A stretch of 64,000 nt of DNA from Candidatus Multivorans sp. Its GTDB lineage: Bacteria > Acidobacteriota > Thermoanaerobaculia > Multivoradales > Multivoraceae. Below, piece by piece: positions 45,792 through 56,179 of this stretch. The DNA is taken from NCBI GenBank assembly GCA_965224025.1, contig OZ245033.1:4768001-4832000 (forward strand), written 5' to 3'. Numbering within the stretch: the stretch's first letter is position 1; each line of letters opens with the position of its first letter. The position numbers and the translations under genes were made by a program. The notes beneath the pieces are model-generated. The model was not told where the DNA came from, did not search any database, and saw nothing but the letters and a program-made list of their open reading frames with translations.

Positions 45792-47261
45792 ATGACCGAC
45801 TCCGAACCGAACAACAGCAGTGCCCTGATCGCCGAACTGCGCGCCGCCCTGGGCGAGGAAGTCGTCCTCACCGGCGAGGCGGTCACGGCACGCGCTGGCG
45901 ACGGCTCGGGCACCGTGCCCTGCGTGGCTCGGGCAGTGCTCCGGCCACGCACCACGGAGCAGCTCTCAGTGGCTCTGGCGGCCTGCCACCGGGCCCGCCA
46001 ACCGGTGGTGCCGCAGGGCGGGCTGACAGGGCTCGTGGGCGGTGGCGTCGCCGGTGACCTCGAAGTAGCGATCACTCTCGAACGGATGACCGCGGTCGAG
46101 GAGATCGACCCGGTGGGCCGGACGATGACGGTTCAGGCGGGCGCGGCGCTGCAGAGCATTCAGGAGGCGGCCGAGGCCGAGGGGCTGCTCTTCCCGCTGG
46201 ACCTCGGCGCCCGCGGTTCTTGCACGATCGGCGGCAACGTGGCGACAAACGCCGGCGGCAACCGGGTGATTCGCTACGGCATGGCCCGGGACTCGGTGCT
46301 GGGTCTCGAGGCGGTGCTGGCCGACGGCACGGTGCTCTCGAGCCTGAACAAGATGGTCAAGAACAACGCCGGCTACGACCTGAAGCACTTGTTCGTGGGC
46401 TCCGAGGGGACGCTCGGCATCGTCACCCGGGTCGTGCTGCGCCTCGAGCGGCGTCCCCGCAGCCACAACTGCGCCCTGCTCGCGGTACCCGGCTTCACCG
46501 AGGTCACCGGACTGCTCCGCAAGCTCGAGGAGGACGTCGGCGGTTCGATGAGCGCCTTCGAGGTGATGTGGCGCGAGTTCTACGAGCTGGCCACAGGCCC
46601 GCGGGCGAAGACGACGCCGCCGATTCCGTACGGCGATCCCTTCTACGTGCTGGTCGAGTCGCTCGGTACCCGACCCGAGGAGGACGCGGTCCAGTTCGAG
46701 GAGGCGCTCGGCGACTGCATGGAGGCCGGCCTCATCGGCGACGCCGTGCTCGGCAAGTCGAAGGCGGAACGGGACGAGATCTGGGCGCTGCGGGACGATG
46801 TCGAGCAGCTCAACCACCTGGCCCCGATCTTCACGTTCGACGTGAGCCTGCGGATCGCCGACATGGAGAGCTACGTCGCCGACATCAAGGCCGCGCTCAC
46901 GGCCAGGTGGCCGGACAGCCAGTGCGTGGTCTTCGGCCACCTCGGCGACGGCAACCTGCACGTCGTCGCCTCTGTCGGCGACGGTTCCCCGGAGGCGCGC
47001 GGCGCGGTCGAGGAGATCGTGTACGGCCACCTCGAGCCGGTCGGCGGCTCGGTGTCGGCCGAGCACGGCATCGGCTTCGAGAAGCGCGCCCACCTCGGCC
47101 GCAGCCGTTCCACCGAAGAGATCGAGCTGATGAAGGCGCTGAAGAGAACGCTCGACCCGAAGGGCATCCTCAACCCGGGCCGGGTGTTTGAGGCCGAGGG
47201 CGCGCCGCCGACGGGCTCGCAGGCGGAAGCGAGCGTCCGACTGCCCGGTAAGAAAGGCTGA
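45792..47261 (+). CDS. FAD-linked oxidase (D-2-hydroxyacid dehydrogenase/GlcD-like), copy 1, intact
   Basis: PQGGLTGLVGG, LGARGSCTIGGNVATNAGG, KNNAGYDL, GSEGTLG, GHLGDGNLH, SAEHGIG, LDPKGILNPG. Confidence 0.92.
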   Translation: MTDSEPNNSSALIAELRAALGEEVVLTGEAVTARAGDGSGTVPCVARAVLRPRTTEQLSVALAACHRARQPVVPQGGLTGLVGGGVAGDLEVAITLERMTAVEEIDPVGRTMTVQAGAALQSIQEAAEAEGLLFPLDLGARGSCTIGGNVATNAGGNRVIRYGMARDSVLGLEAVLADGTVLSSLNKMVKNNAGYDLKHLFVGSEGTLGIVTRVVLRLERRPRSHNCALLAVPGFTEVTGLLRKLEEDVGGSMSAFEVMWREFYELATGPRAKTTPPIPYGDPFYVLVESLGTRPEEDAVQFEEALGDCMEAGLIGDAVLGKSKAERDEIWALRDDVEQLNHLAPIFTFDVSLRIADMESYVADIKAALTARWPDSQCVVFGHLGDGNLHVVASVGDGSPEARGAVEEIVYGHLEPVGGSVSAEHGIGFEKRAHLGRSRSTEEIELMKALKRTLDPKGILNPGRVFEAEGAPPTGSQAEASVRLPGKKG

Positions 47262-47758
47262 CCACAAAGGCGCTTTGCGCCAGCTTTGAGCCATGACATC
47301 CGTCTGTCCAAGATGGTCAGGGCGGGACTCCCCTAGCCGAGTACCGCGCCACACTCCTCAGCTGCGCTTCAGTCCTACTCGGCCGTAAGGCCAGCCACAA
47401 ACCGCCTACCCGCACTCCCGCCGGCCTTTTGCTCTCATCGGCGCCGAGCTGATTCCACTCGCACTCAACTCCGCCCACAGACCCAATCGTCAAGTTCCTT
47501 TGACCACCGCCGCCGTTCCCGGTACTCTCCCAACCAACTTGGCTGGTTAGGTGAGGCCCGCCCCGGCTACCAGCCTCTGGTTCCCTCCGCGCTCAAGCCC
47601 TCGCCCCTAGATCTCCGCCCGATTCCCGGTCCCAAGGCTCGCATAGAGGAGCGCGCACCCCCCACGTAGGCGCTCGGCCAAGGGCGCCCCGCCAGTCCGC
47701 TGGTCACGCTGGCCAGGATCAACCTACCGCCACGCCTGCACAAACCTTTAGAGCCCCT

Positions 47759-48617
47759 ATGGAAACTTCTTTCACCTACAGCCCTCAACCTCTCTTTCAG
47801 AAGCTTGATCGCCGCCTCCTAATCGACAAGGAGGACAACGACTCCGCCTACTTCAGCTCACTAATGCTGAAGCTTGAGTATCTGACCAAGATCCTGGTCG
47901 CGGGTGTCGTCGCAGTCGTCGGCGATGACGTGGACCGCCACCGCTACTCCTTGGAGTACCGACTCCTTCGCGCAGACTCCCTAGGTGTATGGACGGAGTC
48001 CCTCGACAAAGCGCTCGACGGCCCACCAGCTCAGGTTCTCCTTACCGAGGCCCGCCCCTTCATCAGAAACCTCACCGAGCGCGTAGGAGCGGCTGATTGG
48101 CGCCATACTGCTGTCGCCTCCCTCGCAAGCGCGGCTGCGGAGGCTGGCGTGGAATACGAAGTACCGCACAAGGTCGCGCTGCGCGAGTTCTTCCGCCTCG
48201 GCGTTCAACTGCGGAACCGCAGCCGTGGTCACGGCGCTCCCACCGCGACCCAATGTAGCCGGTGCTGCCCACCGCTCGCAGAGTCGCTGGACCTCATCGC
48301 CCAGCGCACCGAGTTCTTCCAGCTGCCCTGGGCACACCTACACCGCAACATCTCCGGCAAGTACCGCGTGTCCCCCCTCTTGAACGCCTCATCGCCGTTC
48401 GAATACCTAAAGCGCACAGCCAGCAACCGCTATTCCGACGGCGTGTACATCGGCCTCAGCTCTCAAGGTCGCGCCACACGACCGCTGCCCGTTGCACTTG
48501 TCTTCACCGACTCAAACGTCCTGGACGTCTTTCTTGCCAACGGCAACTTCAAGAAAGACAGATTCGAAGTCCTGTCCTACGCAAGCAACACTGTCGAGCG
48601 ACGAGACGGATCTACGT
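47759..48617 (+). pseudogene. N-terminal fragment of a probable defence protein with HEPN-like RxxxxxH motif, cut by IS4
   Basis: LRNRSRGHGA motif in a helical domain; the frame runs into the IS4 end at 48618. Confidence 0.45.
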
Positions 48618-49038
48618 CAGTGCTGTCCCACAAACAGGTAGTGAGTATGGGTCTGGACCGTGCCTTGTCGTATGATTGGTTTTTTGGACAAAGCCAATGT
48701 CGGCAAGGAGATCCAGACCCATGGCGCACAATAGTACCGTACTCGGCCAGTTCCTGAAGCTGGTGTCGAGACATGAGTTCGAGGGGGATGCCCGGCGGCA
48801 TCACAGGGGGCGAAGGCTGCGCTCGATGAGCCGGTGGAGTCAGTTCGTGGCGATGGCGACAGCCCAGCTATCCGGGCGCTGCAGTCTTCGCGACATCGTG
48901 TCGAACCTGAATGCGCAGACTCACAAGCTCTACCATCTCGGCGTGGGCCGGGTGGCCCGGTCGTCGCTCGCGCGAGTGAACCAGAATCAGCCCCACGAGC
49001 TCTACGAGCCGTTGTTCGGTCGTTTGCTGGCGCGATGC
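48618..49038 (+). mobile_element. IS4-family left end and truncated transposase (DUF4372 N-terminus)
   Basis: Putative IR CAGTGCTGTCCCAC at 48618; ATG 48721 MAHNSTVLGQFLKL.SRHEF..WSQF.AM..AQLSGR.SLRDI..RSSLAR.N. Confidence 0.78.
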
Positions 49039-49259
49039 ACCGTCAGGCTGCGTCAGCGCGTCACCAAGGGTGCCGGCTCACGCACCAAGGCCCTGCTCAT
49101 GGCCTTCAAGCTGCTCGACATGGCCCAGAAACGATGGCGACGGGTCACCGCGACGCACCTCGTCGCTCTGGTCAGAGAAGGAGTACCATTCACCGGCGGA
49201 ACTCAGATCAGGAACGCTGCCTGATCAAGTCGCCAATCCACAACTTTCGGCAATATCTC
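49039..49259 (+). mobile_element. IS256-family 3' remnant fused in frame to the IS4 fragment
   Basis: TVRLR.RVTKGAGSR..AL.MAFKL...AQ.RWRR; terminal ATCCACAACTTTCGGCAATATCTC. Confidence 0.72.
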
Positions 49260-49531
49260 GCTTCGCGATCTGCGAGATCGTGTGTCCCGTCTTCCGCGGC
49301 GTCTGGACCCCTTCGTCGCGCCTCGCACGGGCGATCAGGTGCTCGAAGTTGGGCCGCCGTGCCTTGTGTCGAAGCAGGTTCCGCTGCTTCGCCACCTCGG
49401 CTATCCGGCTCGGGCTGATGGACAGCTCGAGCCGGATCATCTCCCAGGTCTTGCCGGTGCGGATGCCAGCCACGACCTGTCCCCACGGGCCTAGACCCGC
49501 AAGTTCCTCGATGGTGATGTCAAATTGGGCT

Positions 49532-52500
49532 TTAGTTGGAACAGAGCCCTTCCACTCTCGTACCGTTCAGGAAACCGCTTCTCGGATCCATGAACCCGTC
49601 TCTATCCTCCCACACCGCCAGCTCGCCAGACCGCGTGTACTCGCGCCTCTTGCCGGACTCGTTGTGAGTGATCGTGATGCTGAAGTCGTTTATCGTCGCT
49701 CCAGCGATGACGACCCGGTATCGTTTCGACATCGCACAGTGGTTGACGACGTTGACCAGCAGGTCGAAGCTCTCGTCTCCCATGAACCGGAACAGCGCCG
49801 AGTTCTTGGTCGATCGTTCAGCGTCGCCGGTTGCGCCGCCAGATATCGCCGCGCCCATGCGGTAACTCGCAGTGACGGTGAACTTGTCGTCGTGCAACGA
49901 GACTCCCGCAGATCCCGCAGTAGCGGCCATAGCAACGCCCTGGGGCTTCGCCATACGTGCTCCCGCCTTTGCAGGGAACCCCGCAGACGAAGCGCATGCC
50001 TCAGCGAACGCGCCGAGGTCGACGTGGGCGTTGGACACTTGCGCCCAGGGATTCTCGGTGGTGATCTGCTCTCCCGATACGGTGTCGACCAATATGACGT
50101 GGTAGCGATACCGAACTGAACCGGCTGTCGTGAACCACATGCCGCCGGTCATGTCGCAGCCATCCAGCAGCTTCACAACGACGGACAGGTCGTCTGTGTC
50201 CACGAACGGATCCTCGAAGAACGCCGACACGCCAGGAAGGTAGAAGACGCCCGAGCCCTGCGTCCAACCAGCCAGTTGGGCGCGCTGCGGAAACGCGTTC
50301 CGGGTAGCGTAGAACAACACGTTTGCCTTGAACCGGTTGTTCTGCAAGCAGAGGGTCGTGTCGTCGGCTACGCAGGTTCCGGACATGCCGTCGCTGTCAG
50401 TGCTGCCGTCATCGTCGCTGTCATCGCCGTCGCTGTCATCGCCGTCATCACCTTCGCCTTCGTCGCCTGGGTCGCCATTCGGCGGATCAATCGCGGTGTT
50501 GTCGTCCTCCCCGGACTGGTGGCCATAAAACATCATGGACCACGCATTCAGTTCCGTGTGCTGGCCGTATTCCTCTTCGTCAGAGACGATCAGAGTCCAC
50601 TCACAAGGAGCGTTCGGCGACTCAATCTGGTTGCACGGCGATTCACCAAGGTGGCGAGCTGAACCCAGGCTCAGAGTTCTGTTGTGAACCGAGGTACCAC
50701 CTGGGACGGCCTGACAACCGTCTTGCGAAGGCCGGTTTCCATCCCTACCCGGACCATAGTCTCCCCTTGGATCGTGGTATGCGCTGTGTGGACTGCCGGC
50801 ATCGCCATAGGCATCCCAACACTCATCGAACGGATGAGACAAGAGAGACTCCGTTCCAGACGGAGACCTGAGAACGACGCGAAGGTCACGGAAGTTGTCG
50901 CTGTTGAACTCAGCCTTAACCGCAAGCCACTCGATGAAGTCGACCTGATCGGCCGACGCAACTACAGTGGAACTACCTCTGTCCGTGCTCGTGACACCCT
51001 CGACATCGGTATGGGTCTTCCCAAGATCGTTGATCCTGATGGGCGGATCTTCCGACCTGTACTGAGCCTCGACGAATTCAGGCAGCCCAGGCCACACTTG
51101 AGCAAGTTCCACCGCAGCCTGGGCATCTACAACCCCAAAGCCGTATCGGTGGCTGAAACGGTAGTGGGAACCGCTATCTGTTCCCAACCGACCGAACTTC
51201 CGGCCAGCGCCTGACCACTTCACCCACGGGGCACCTGTCTCTGGATTCGCCTTGTCGCGCACCGGGACTCTATACCCATAGTGGGTCCACCACCTAGAGC
51301 GCTCATCTGCGATGATCGGATCATTGACCCGAGCTGTCGCAGCCAGGATCATCTTCACGTCGCGCCACGTCAGATTCGGATTCGCATCCCTGATCAGAGC
51401 TGCAACACCACTCACGTGGGGCGTCGCAACCGACGTCCCGCTAAAGTTCTTGTAGGTATTGAAGCTGTTGGTGGATGGCGTCGCGTACCGTTCGAAGAAC
51501 TGCTCGATCCCGTCCTCTGGACGCCTGGGTGTTGCCCAGTCCTTGAAGTTCATGCTCTCTTCTCGCTCGGAAGGGGCACACACCCAGAGAACAGACCCAT
51601 GCTCAGAGAACCATGCCTTGGTCCCTTGGTCGCTGACAGCACAAACCACCACCCAACCGTAGTGGCTGTGGAACTCTTCCAGCGTCGAGTACGCCTGCTG
51701 ATAGTACTCGTTGCCGGCAGCCTTGACATGGACTGTTCCCAACGGAGAACCGTCGACAAAGTACGAGTTGTTGAGGCTGTGGGTTAGGCCATTCATCGCG
51801 CTCGTCGTGGTCGCAACGGCGTAGAGGCTTTTCCACGAACCCCAACTGTGATTAGCGACAGCGATGTCGTCGTAACCGTCGGTCAACGCACTGACGATGT
51901 TGTCGTCAGACGCAGACTGGAGCACGTTGTACGAGATGAGGTTGGCTCTCGGGGCAATGCCGCGAATGCCGATCTCGTTGTCGCGGGCGGCGATCACTCC
52001 AGCCACCGTGGTTCCGTGGCTGTATTCGCGTGGGGACTTCATCTCAATCTGAGCGCCCCGGAAGCCGTAGGACTTGTTGCGATCCACCAGGATGTTGTCC
52101 CGCAGGTCCTCGTGGTTGATGTCCATGCCAGTGTCGGCCACAAGAACCTTCACGCCAGAACCGTCGTGGCTTGACCACACCGGCTCCACGTTGATGTCCT
52201 CTCCGGGGAACTCTCGATTCTTGAGCCCGAACTGACAGTCCCAGAGGTAGTCGCGGACTCCCGTGGCTTGGGTTCCGGCGCAGTCTTTGTAGAAGTCCGG
52301 GTATCGCTCATGTCGATCAACGGCAATCGTGTACGGGCCGATCGTCGACCCGTCTCCTCGAACCTGCACGTAGTACGTGCCAGCGGAGAGTGTCTCGAAG
52401 ATCGTGAACCCATCGGCAGCATGAGACGCGAACTGACCCCTGAACTGCTCTGTGAACCGATCCCTTCCAACGTAGGTATCGTACAGCGATCCGTCGCTGT

Positions 52501-54394
52501 TCCGGAGATCACCATGAACGATCAACTCCGCTTCGCCGTTCAGATCTTGGTTGACCTTGGCTGTCGGATCCTGATCGCCACCCCACGCCCGAATGACCAC
52601 GTTTGTCTCTTGATCCAGGACAAGCCGGAAGTAGTCCACGTCATCGACGGTCGAGATGTTCCCGCCTCTTACCCGCTGAGAGTTGTCGGTGATCGACAGG
52701 TCAACAGCAGTTGCAGTATCAGAGCCCGGCTCATTAACCTCATGAACGTGCAAGTCGTAGCGAGTCGGAGGCCAAGAACTCCACATGCTCAGCTTGTAGG
52801 TCTCACCAGCGCGGAGTCGATACCGAAGCAGCGTGGTGTTCGGATTCCTGGGATCGAAGCTCACGTCGTTGATCAGGAACTGGTGGTACGAGTCCTCATT
52901 CTCTTCCAGAGGTCCATCTTTCCTGATGGCGATAGATCCCCAGGTTCCGTTGAATCCATCTTCGTGGTCGCTCTCCATCCACACGACGGCGTCAAAGTCA
53001 TCGCCTTCTGGAACATGGAAGAAGAACGGATCGCGGTCTACAAACCCGAACGGCCAGTCGTAGTAGTTGGCCTCGAAGTAGCCCTCGACCTTTCCGCCGC
53101 CCACAGGAATGATCGCACCCCAAAGGTGGTCGTCATTGGCGAGAACCTCTACTGTCGTCGCCTCAAGATGAGGAACATGCTCTGGACGCAGTTCATACGA
53201 GAACTCGTAGTAGCCACTTTGACGGTCAGAAGCAGCACCGTTAGCGATGGTCACTCGGGCATAGTAGTCACTGAACCGATCGTCATACTCCATTGCCATA
53301 GAGTCCTCTAGCAGTTGCCACTGACCGAACTCGAAGTCATGGAGTACCTCTGCACGATCGCCCAGGTCAACAGGGCTCTGCCAGATCTCGACGTTGAGGT
53401 CGGGAGTCGTGCCACCCCAACTCAGGGGGCCGGAGTGAACGCGAATGACACGCGGAGCTCGGGGCGTACCGCTGCTCCGATTCTCGAGAACGAACCAGTG
53501 CTCATCGGACGCATCGTCGAGCCGATAGACGTACGGAGCGCCAACGTTCTCGGAATACATCGACTTCGCACCGCGACTCCCATTCTCATCAACTTTCCAC
53601 GTCGTTCCGGGTTCCCGGTTGTGAGGACCGCCATAGCGGGCAGTCGCGAACGCGCCGGTATGAGTAGTCCAGCCATTGGCCGTCAGTGCCTGCAACTCAA
53701 TGTTGTAGTAAGCACTACCCACGTCATCGAGGCTGTAGCTCTCGAAGTGGGTCGCACACACGGCCGTTGCAGTCGCAGTCGTCTCGTTCGGAGCATCCGG
53801 CGCACCGATGGTCACCTGGGGACATTCCGTGTAGAGAGTGCCGACATCTTGCGCTGCAAGGACGATTGAAGCCACCGCGACGGCTACGATCACGGGCTCA
53901 TCGATTTCAATGATCGTCACGGTTAGAGGAGGAACATCTACGTTCTCGTACCCACCACCGGACGGTACGTGGGCAATCTCAGTGGCAGGGTCGGGTTCAG
54001 TATCGTCGTCAGGATTGGCCGTCACACTAAGCGTCAGAGGGACGTCCCAATCGGTAGTCGTGAAGGTCACCGAAGGTGGCTCTACAACGACATCTGAAAG
54101 AGGATCGACCACGGCAGAGATGACCACCGTGTCTGATGGCGCTTCGGACAGAACGATGCTGTAGGTGCCAGACGCACCCTCATTCAGTTCAAGAGACAGA
54201 GGGTAGACAGTGACCTCGGCCGGATCAACGTTCTCGGGAAGGTCGCCATCCAAGTAGGCAGCAGCAGCGGCATGAGTGCCGGAGGCCGGATTCGACGCTC
54301 CCGAGAGGTCGATGTCGGCACCGCTAAAAGTGATCGTCGGTGGTTCCGTGTATCCAGAACCCGGAGTCGTGATCTCGACAGACAGAACCGCCAT
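49532..54394 (-). CDS. Kexin-like S8 serine protease with Calx-beta-like, PPC and P domains and two C-terminal Thermoanaerobaculia-type domains (3' part of a split ORF)
   Basis: Triad VADTG / SHGTTVAG / FSGTSVATP; oxyanion AAGN; NPNLTWRDV; SHRYGFG; P-domain DL.V.L.SPSGT..WTL.VSD; C-terminal CVADDTTLCLQNNRF..KLLDGC. Confidence 0.9.
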   Translation of the reverse strand: MAVLSVEITTPGSGYTEPPTITFSGADIDLSGASNPASGTHAAAAAYLDGDLPENVDPAEVTVYPLSLELNEGASGTYSIVLSEAPSDTVVISAVVDPLSDVVVEPPSVTFTTTDWDVPLTLSVTANPDDDTEPDPATEIAHVPSGGGYENVDVPPLTVTIIEIDEPVIVAVAVASIVLAAQDVGTLYTECPQVTIGAPDAPNETTATATAVCATHFESYSLDDVGSAYYNIELQALTANGWTTHTGAFATARYGGPHNREPGTTWKVDENGSRGAKSMYSENVGAPYVYRLDDASDEHWFVLENRSSGTPRAPRVIRVHSGPLSWGGTTPDLNVEIWQSPVDLGDRAEVLHDFEFGQWQLLEDSMAMEYDDRFSDYYARVTIANGAASDRQSGYYEFSYELRPEHVPHLEATTVEVLANDDHLWGAIIPVGGGKVEGYFEANYYDWPFGFVDRDPFFFHVPEGDDFDAVVWMESDHEDGFNGTWGSIAIRKDGPLEENEDSYHQFLINDVSFDPRNPNTTLLRYRLRAGETYKLSMWSSWPPTRYDLHVHEVNEPGSDTATAVDLSITDNSQRVRGGNISTVDDVDYFRLVLDQETNVVIRAWGGDQDPTAKVNQDLNGEAELIVHGDLRNSDGSLYDTYVGRDRFTEQFRGQFASHAADGFTIFETLSAGTYYVQVRGDGSTIGPYTIAVDRHERYPDFYKDCAGTQATGVRDYLWDCQFGLKNREFPGEDINVEPVWSSHDGSGVKVLVADTGMDINHEDLRDNILVDRNKSYGFRGAQIEMKSPREYSHGTTVAGVIAARDNEIGIRGIAPRANLISYNVLQSASDDNIVSALTDGYDDIAVANHSWGSWKSLYAVATTTSAMNGLTHSLNNSYFVDGSPLGTVHVKAAGNEYYQQAYSTLEEFHSHYGWVVVCAVSDQGTKAWFSEHGSVLWVCAPSEREESMNFKDWATPRRPEDGIEQFFERYATPSTNSFNTYKNFSGTSVATPHVSGVAALIRDANPNLTWRDVKMILAATARVNDPIIADERSRWWTHYGYRVPVRDKANPETGAPWVKWSGAGRKFGRLGTDSGSHYRFSHRYGFGVVDAQAAVELAQVWPGLPEFVEAQYRSEDPPIRINDLGKTHTDVEGVTSTDRGSSTVVASADQVDFIEWLAVKAEFNSDNFRDLRVVLRSPSGTESLLSHPFDECWDAYGDAGSPHSAYHDPRGDYGPGRDGNRPSQDGCQAVPGGTSVHNRTLSLGSARHLGESPCNQIESPNAPCEWTLIVSDEEEYGQHTELNAWSMMFYGHQSGEDDNTAIDPPNGDPGDEGEGDDGDDSDGDDSDDDGSTDSDGMSGTCVADDTTLCLQNNRFKANVLFYATRNAFPQRAQLAGWTQGSGVFYLPGVSAFFEDPFVDTDDLSVVVKLLDGCDMTGGMWFTTAGSVRYRYHVILVDTVSGEQITTENPWAQVSNAHVDLGAFAEACASSAGFPAKAGARMAKPQGVAMAATAGSAGVSLHDDKFTVTASYRMGAAISGGATGDAERSTKNSALFRFMGDESFDLLVNVVNHCAMSKRYRVVIAGATINDFSITITHNESGKRREYTRSGELAVWEDRDGFMDPRSGFLNGTRVEGLCSN

Positions 54395-54463
54395 CCGGCG
54401 AGTGCCATCAACCTCTACGCGACGGATAGCAGCCCCTGAACCGTTGCCACCTACAAAACGTGC

Positions 54464-56179
54464 TCAAGGTAAGAACGTGGAACTCTCGTCTGTGAAATCA
54501 CGGTAGTCAGAGTAGCCGAATTTGTCGTAGTCCGCGTAGCAGTCTCCAGTACTCCCGTTGTTGAACGAGTTGTTGTCGTACAACCGAGTCCGACGTTGCA
54601 ACTCACCGTTCTTTTTCGCCCTTGCTCTGGCCTGAGCAGCGTAGCCAACGCCTTCGTTGTACAACTGGATCACAGGCGCGGTCGTATAACCAGAACCCCG
54701 GGGGTTTATATAGACTTCGGTGATCGGGCCAGCGCCATTGGCAAACGTGATGGTCGCCTCAGCCCTGACACCGCCGAGCATCTGAGGTTCTGAGAAAGTC
54801 AGCGTCGGAGCATCACTGGCAATGTCGTAGCAGCCGGGTGAGACGAGTTCGACGTGGGTCACCCGACCTTCGGTGGGCACTGGATCAGGTTCCGGATCAG
54901 GTGGATCAGGTTCCGGTCCAGGGTCTGTCTCGGTTGTCGGGTAGTTGCCGTCGACGATGGCCATGGCCGTTGCGTGCTTGCCGGCAACGCCTCCAGGAAC
55001 CTCCAAACCCCACTCGCCAACACTGAACGTGACAGTCGGAGGATCGACGTAGCCACTGCCTGGGTTGGTGATCGTGACACCAAGAATGCTCGCAGCCACG
55101 CTTGCGTTGACATCAACCAACCTGACCGCAGCACCAATCCCATCGCCTCCTACGAGACGAGCCTTCGGGATGTAGGAAGGGTGGTCAGCGACTACATCAC
55201 CGAGATCGCGGTCGCGGACGGACGCATAACAGTGACCACCAGCCTCGATCGTTGCATCCTCTTCAATGTTTCCGTCGGAGCTGACGACGGCTGTAGCAAC
55301 AGCATTCCATCCAGAACCCTCATCATAGATTTCGATGGTTGGTGCAACCGTATAGCCAGTTCCTCGTGGGTACTGTTCGTTCTCCTCGTTGAAGAGATGC
55401 ACCCGATCGACAGGACCTGCACCACCAGCGGATGGCAGGAACCTGACAACGCCTTCCGCCCTCACACCGCCTACCGGTGGGTCCGAGAACCCGACGGTCA
55501 GTGGCGTCTGGTAGCTGTATGGGTCCGAGATGTACAGGTCGTAACAGCCGGCACCCTGCAGAACCACGTCTGTGATCTGGCCCTGAGAATCCTCGGACTT
55601 ACCTGCCGCTCTTCGCAGGTCGCCATCCACCACCCTTGCCGACGCCTCGGCGAGCACGGCGGTCGCCGTTAGCGATGGGCCACCCGAACCACTGATCGTG
55701 ACAGCGGGCGGTTCCGTGTAGCCGGAGCCGCCGTCGCTGACTTCAATGCTGGACAGGCTATAGAGCGTATCTACGGCATCGTCATCAGACGTGTCGTCAG
55801 GGGTTCCCTGATGGTGCCAGATCAAGGGCAGTTCAGGCGGAACGAGGAGATAGTTCGACTTGCGGATGTAATTTATGTCCTCTCGATCACCCTCGTCGTT
55901 CGTCTTGGATTGCCACAGTCCCGAGATGCGCGGACGGACTTCCGTGGCGTCGAACTCGACGCCGTAGACGACATCTCTACTCGATTCTCTGTTCAACAGA
56001 AGGCGATACCCGGAAACGCCGGCAGGAACTTCCGGGCCAACATCCACGGCGATCGTCCCTGATTCGACGGTTCCGGCGATGGTCGGTACCGAAGAGAAGG
56101 ACTGAACCTCTACAACGGCCCCATAGACGACGAACGCACTGAGACCGATAATCAAACACAGAAAGATCTTTCGCGTCAT
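54464..56179 (-). CDS. Secreted GSGY-repeat protein (5' part of the same giant protease ORF)
   Basis: Signal peptide; repeats GSGYTEPPAVT, GTGYTVAPTI, GSGYVDPPTVT, GSGYTTAPVI. The frame continues past the TGA into the 54394 ORF. Confidence 0.8.
   Translation of the reverse strand: MTRKIFLCLIIGLSAFVVYGAVVEVQSFSSVPTIAGTVESGTIAVDVGPEVPAGVSGYRLLLNRESSRDVVYGVEFDATEVRPRISGLWQSKTNDEGDREDINYIRKSNYLLVPPELPLIWHHQGTPDDTSDDDAVDTLYSLSSIEVSDGGSGYTEPPAVTISGSGGPSLTATAVLAEASARVVDGDLRRAAGKSEDSQGQITDVVLQGAGCYDLYISDPYSYQTPLTVGFSDPPVGGVRAEGVVRFLPSAGGAGPVDRVHLFNEENEQYPRGTGYTVAPTIEIYDEGSGWNAVATAVVSSDGNIEEDATIEAGGHCYASVRDRDLGDVVADHPSYIPKARLVGGDGIGAAVRLVDVNASVAASILGVTITNPGSGYVDPPTVTFSVGEWGLEVPGGVAGKHATAMAIVDGNYPTTETDPGPEPDPPDPEPDPVPTEGRVTHVELVSPGCYDIASDAPTLTFSEPQMLGGVRAEATITFANGAGPITEVYINPRGSGYTTAPVIQLYNEGVGYAAQARARAKKNGELQRRTRLYDNNSFNNGSTGDCYADYDKFGYSDYRDFTDESSTFLP

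Noticed and set aside
47314-47330. TGGTCAGGGCGGGACTC, whose reverse complement resembles a tRNA 3' end (possible att site at the island edge)
   Set aside because: Only 17 nt, with no TTC T-loop, no cloverleaf and no second copy seen at the other island end.
49260-49520. Minus-strand HTH-like fragment (KTWEMIRLELSISPSRIAEVAK)
   Set aside because: No clear start, cut by the IS256 end, and no family assignable from sequence alone.
54464-54466. Selenocysteine recoding of the in-frame TGA
   Set aside because: The aligned position in the internal repeat is Lys, not Cys, and no convincing SECIS hairpin follows.
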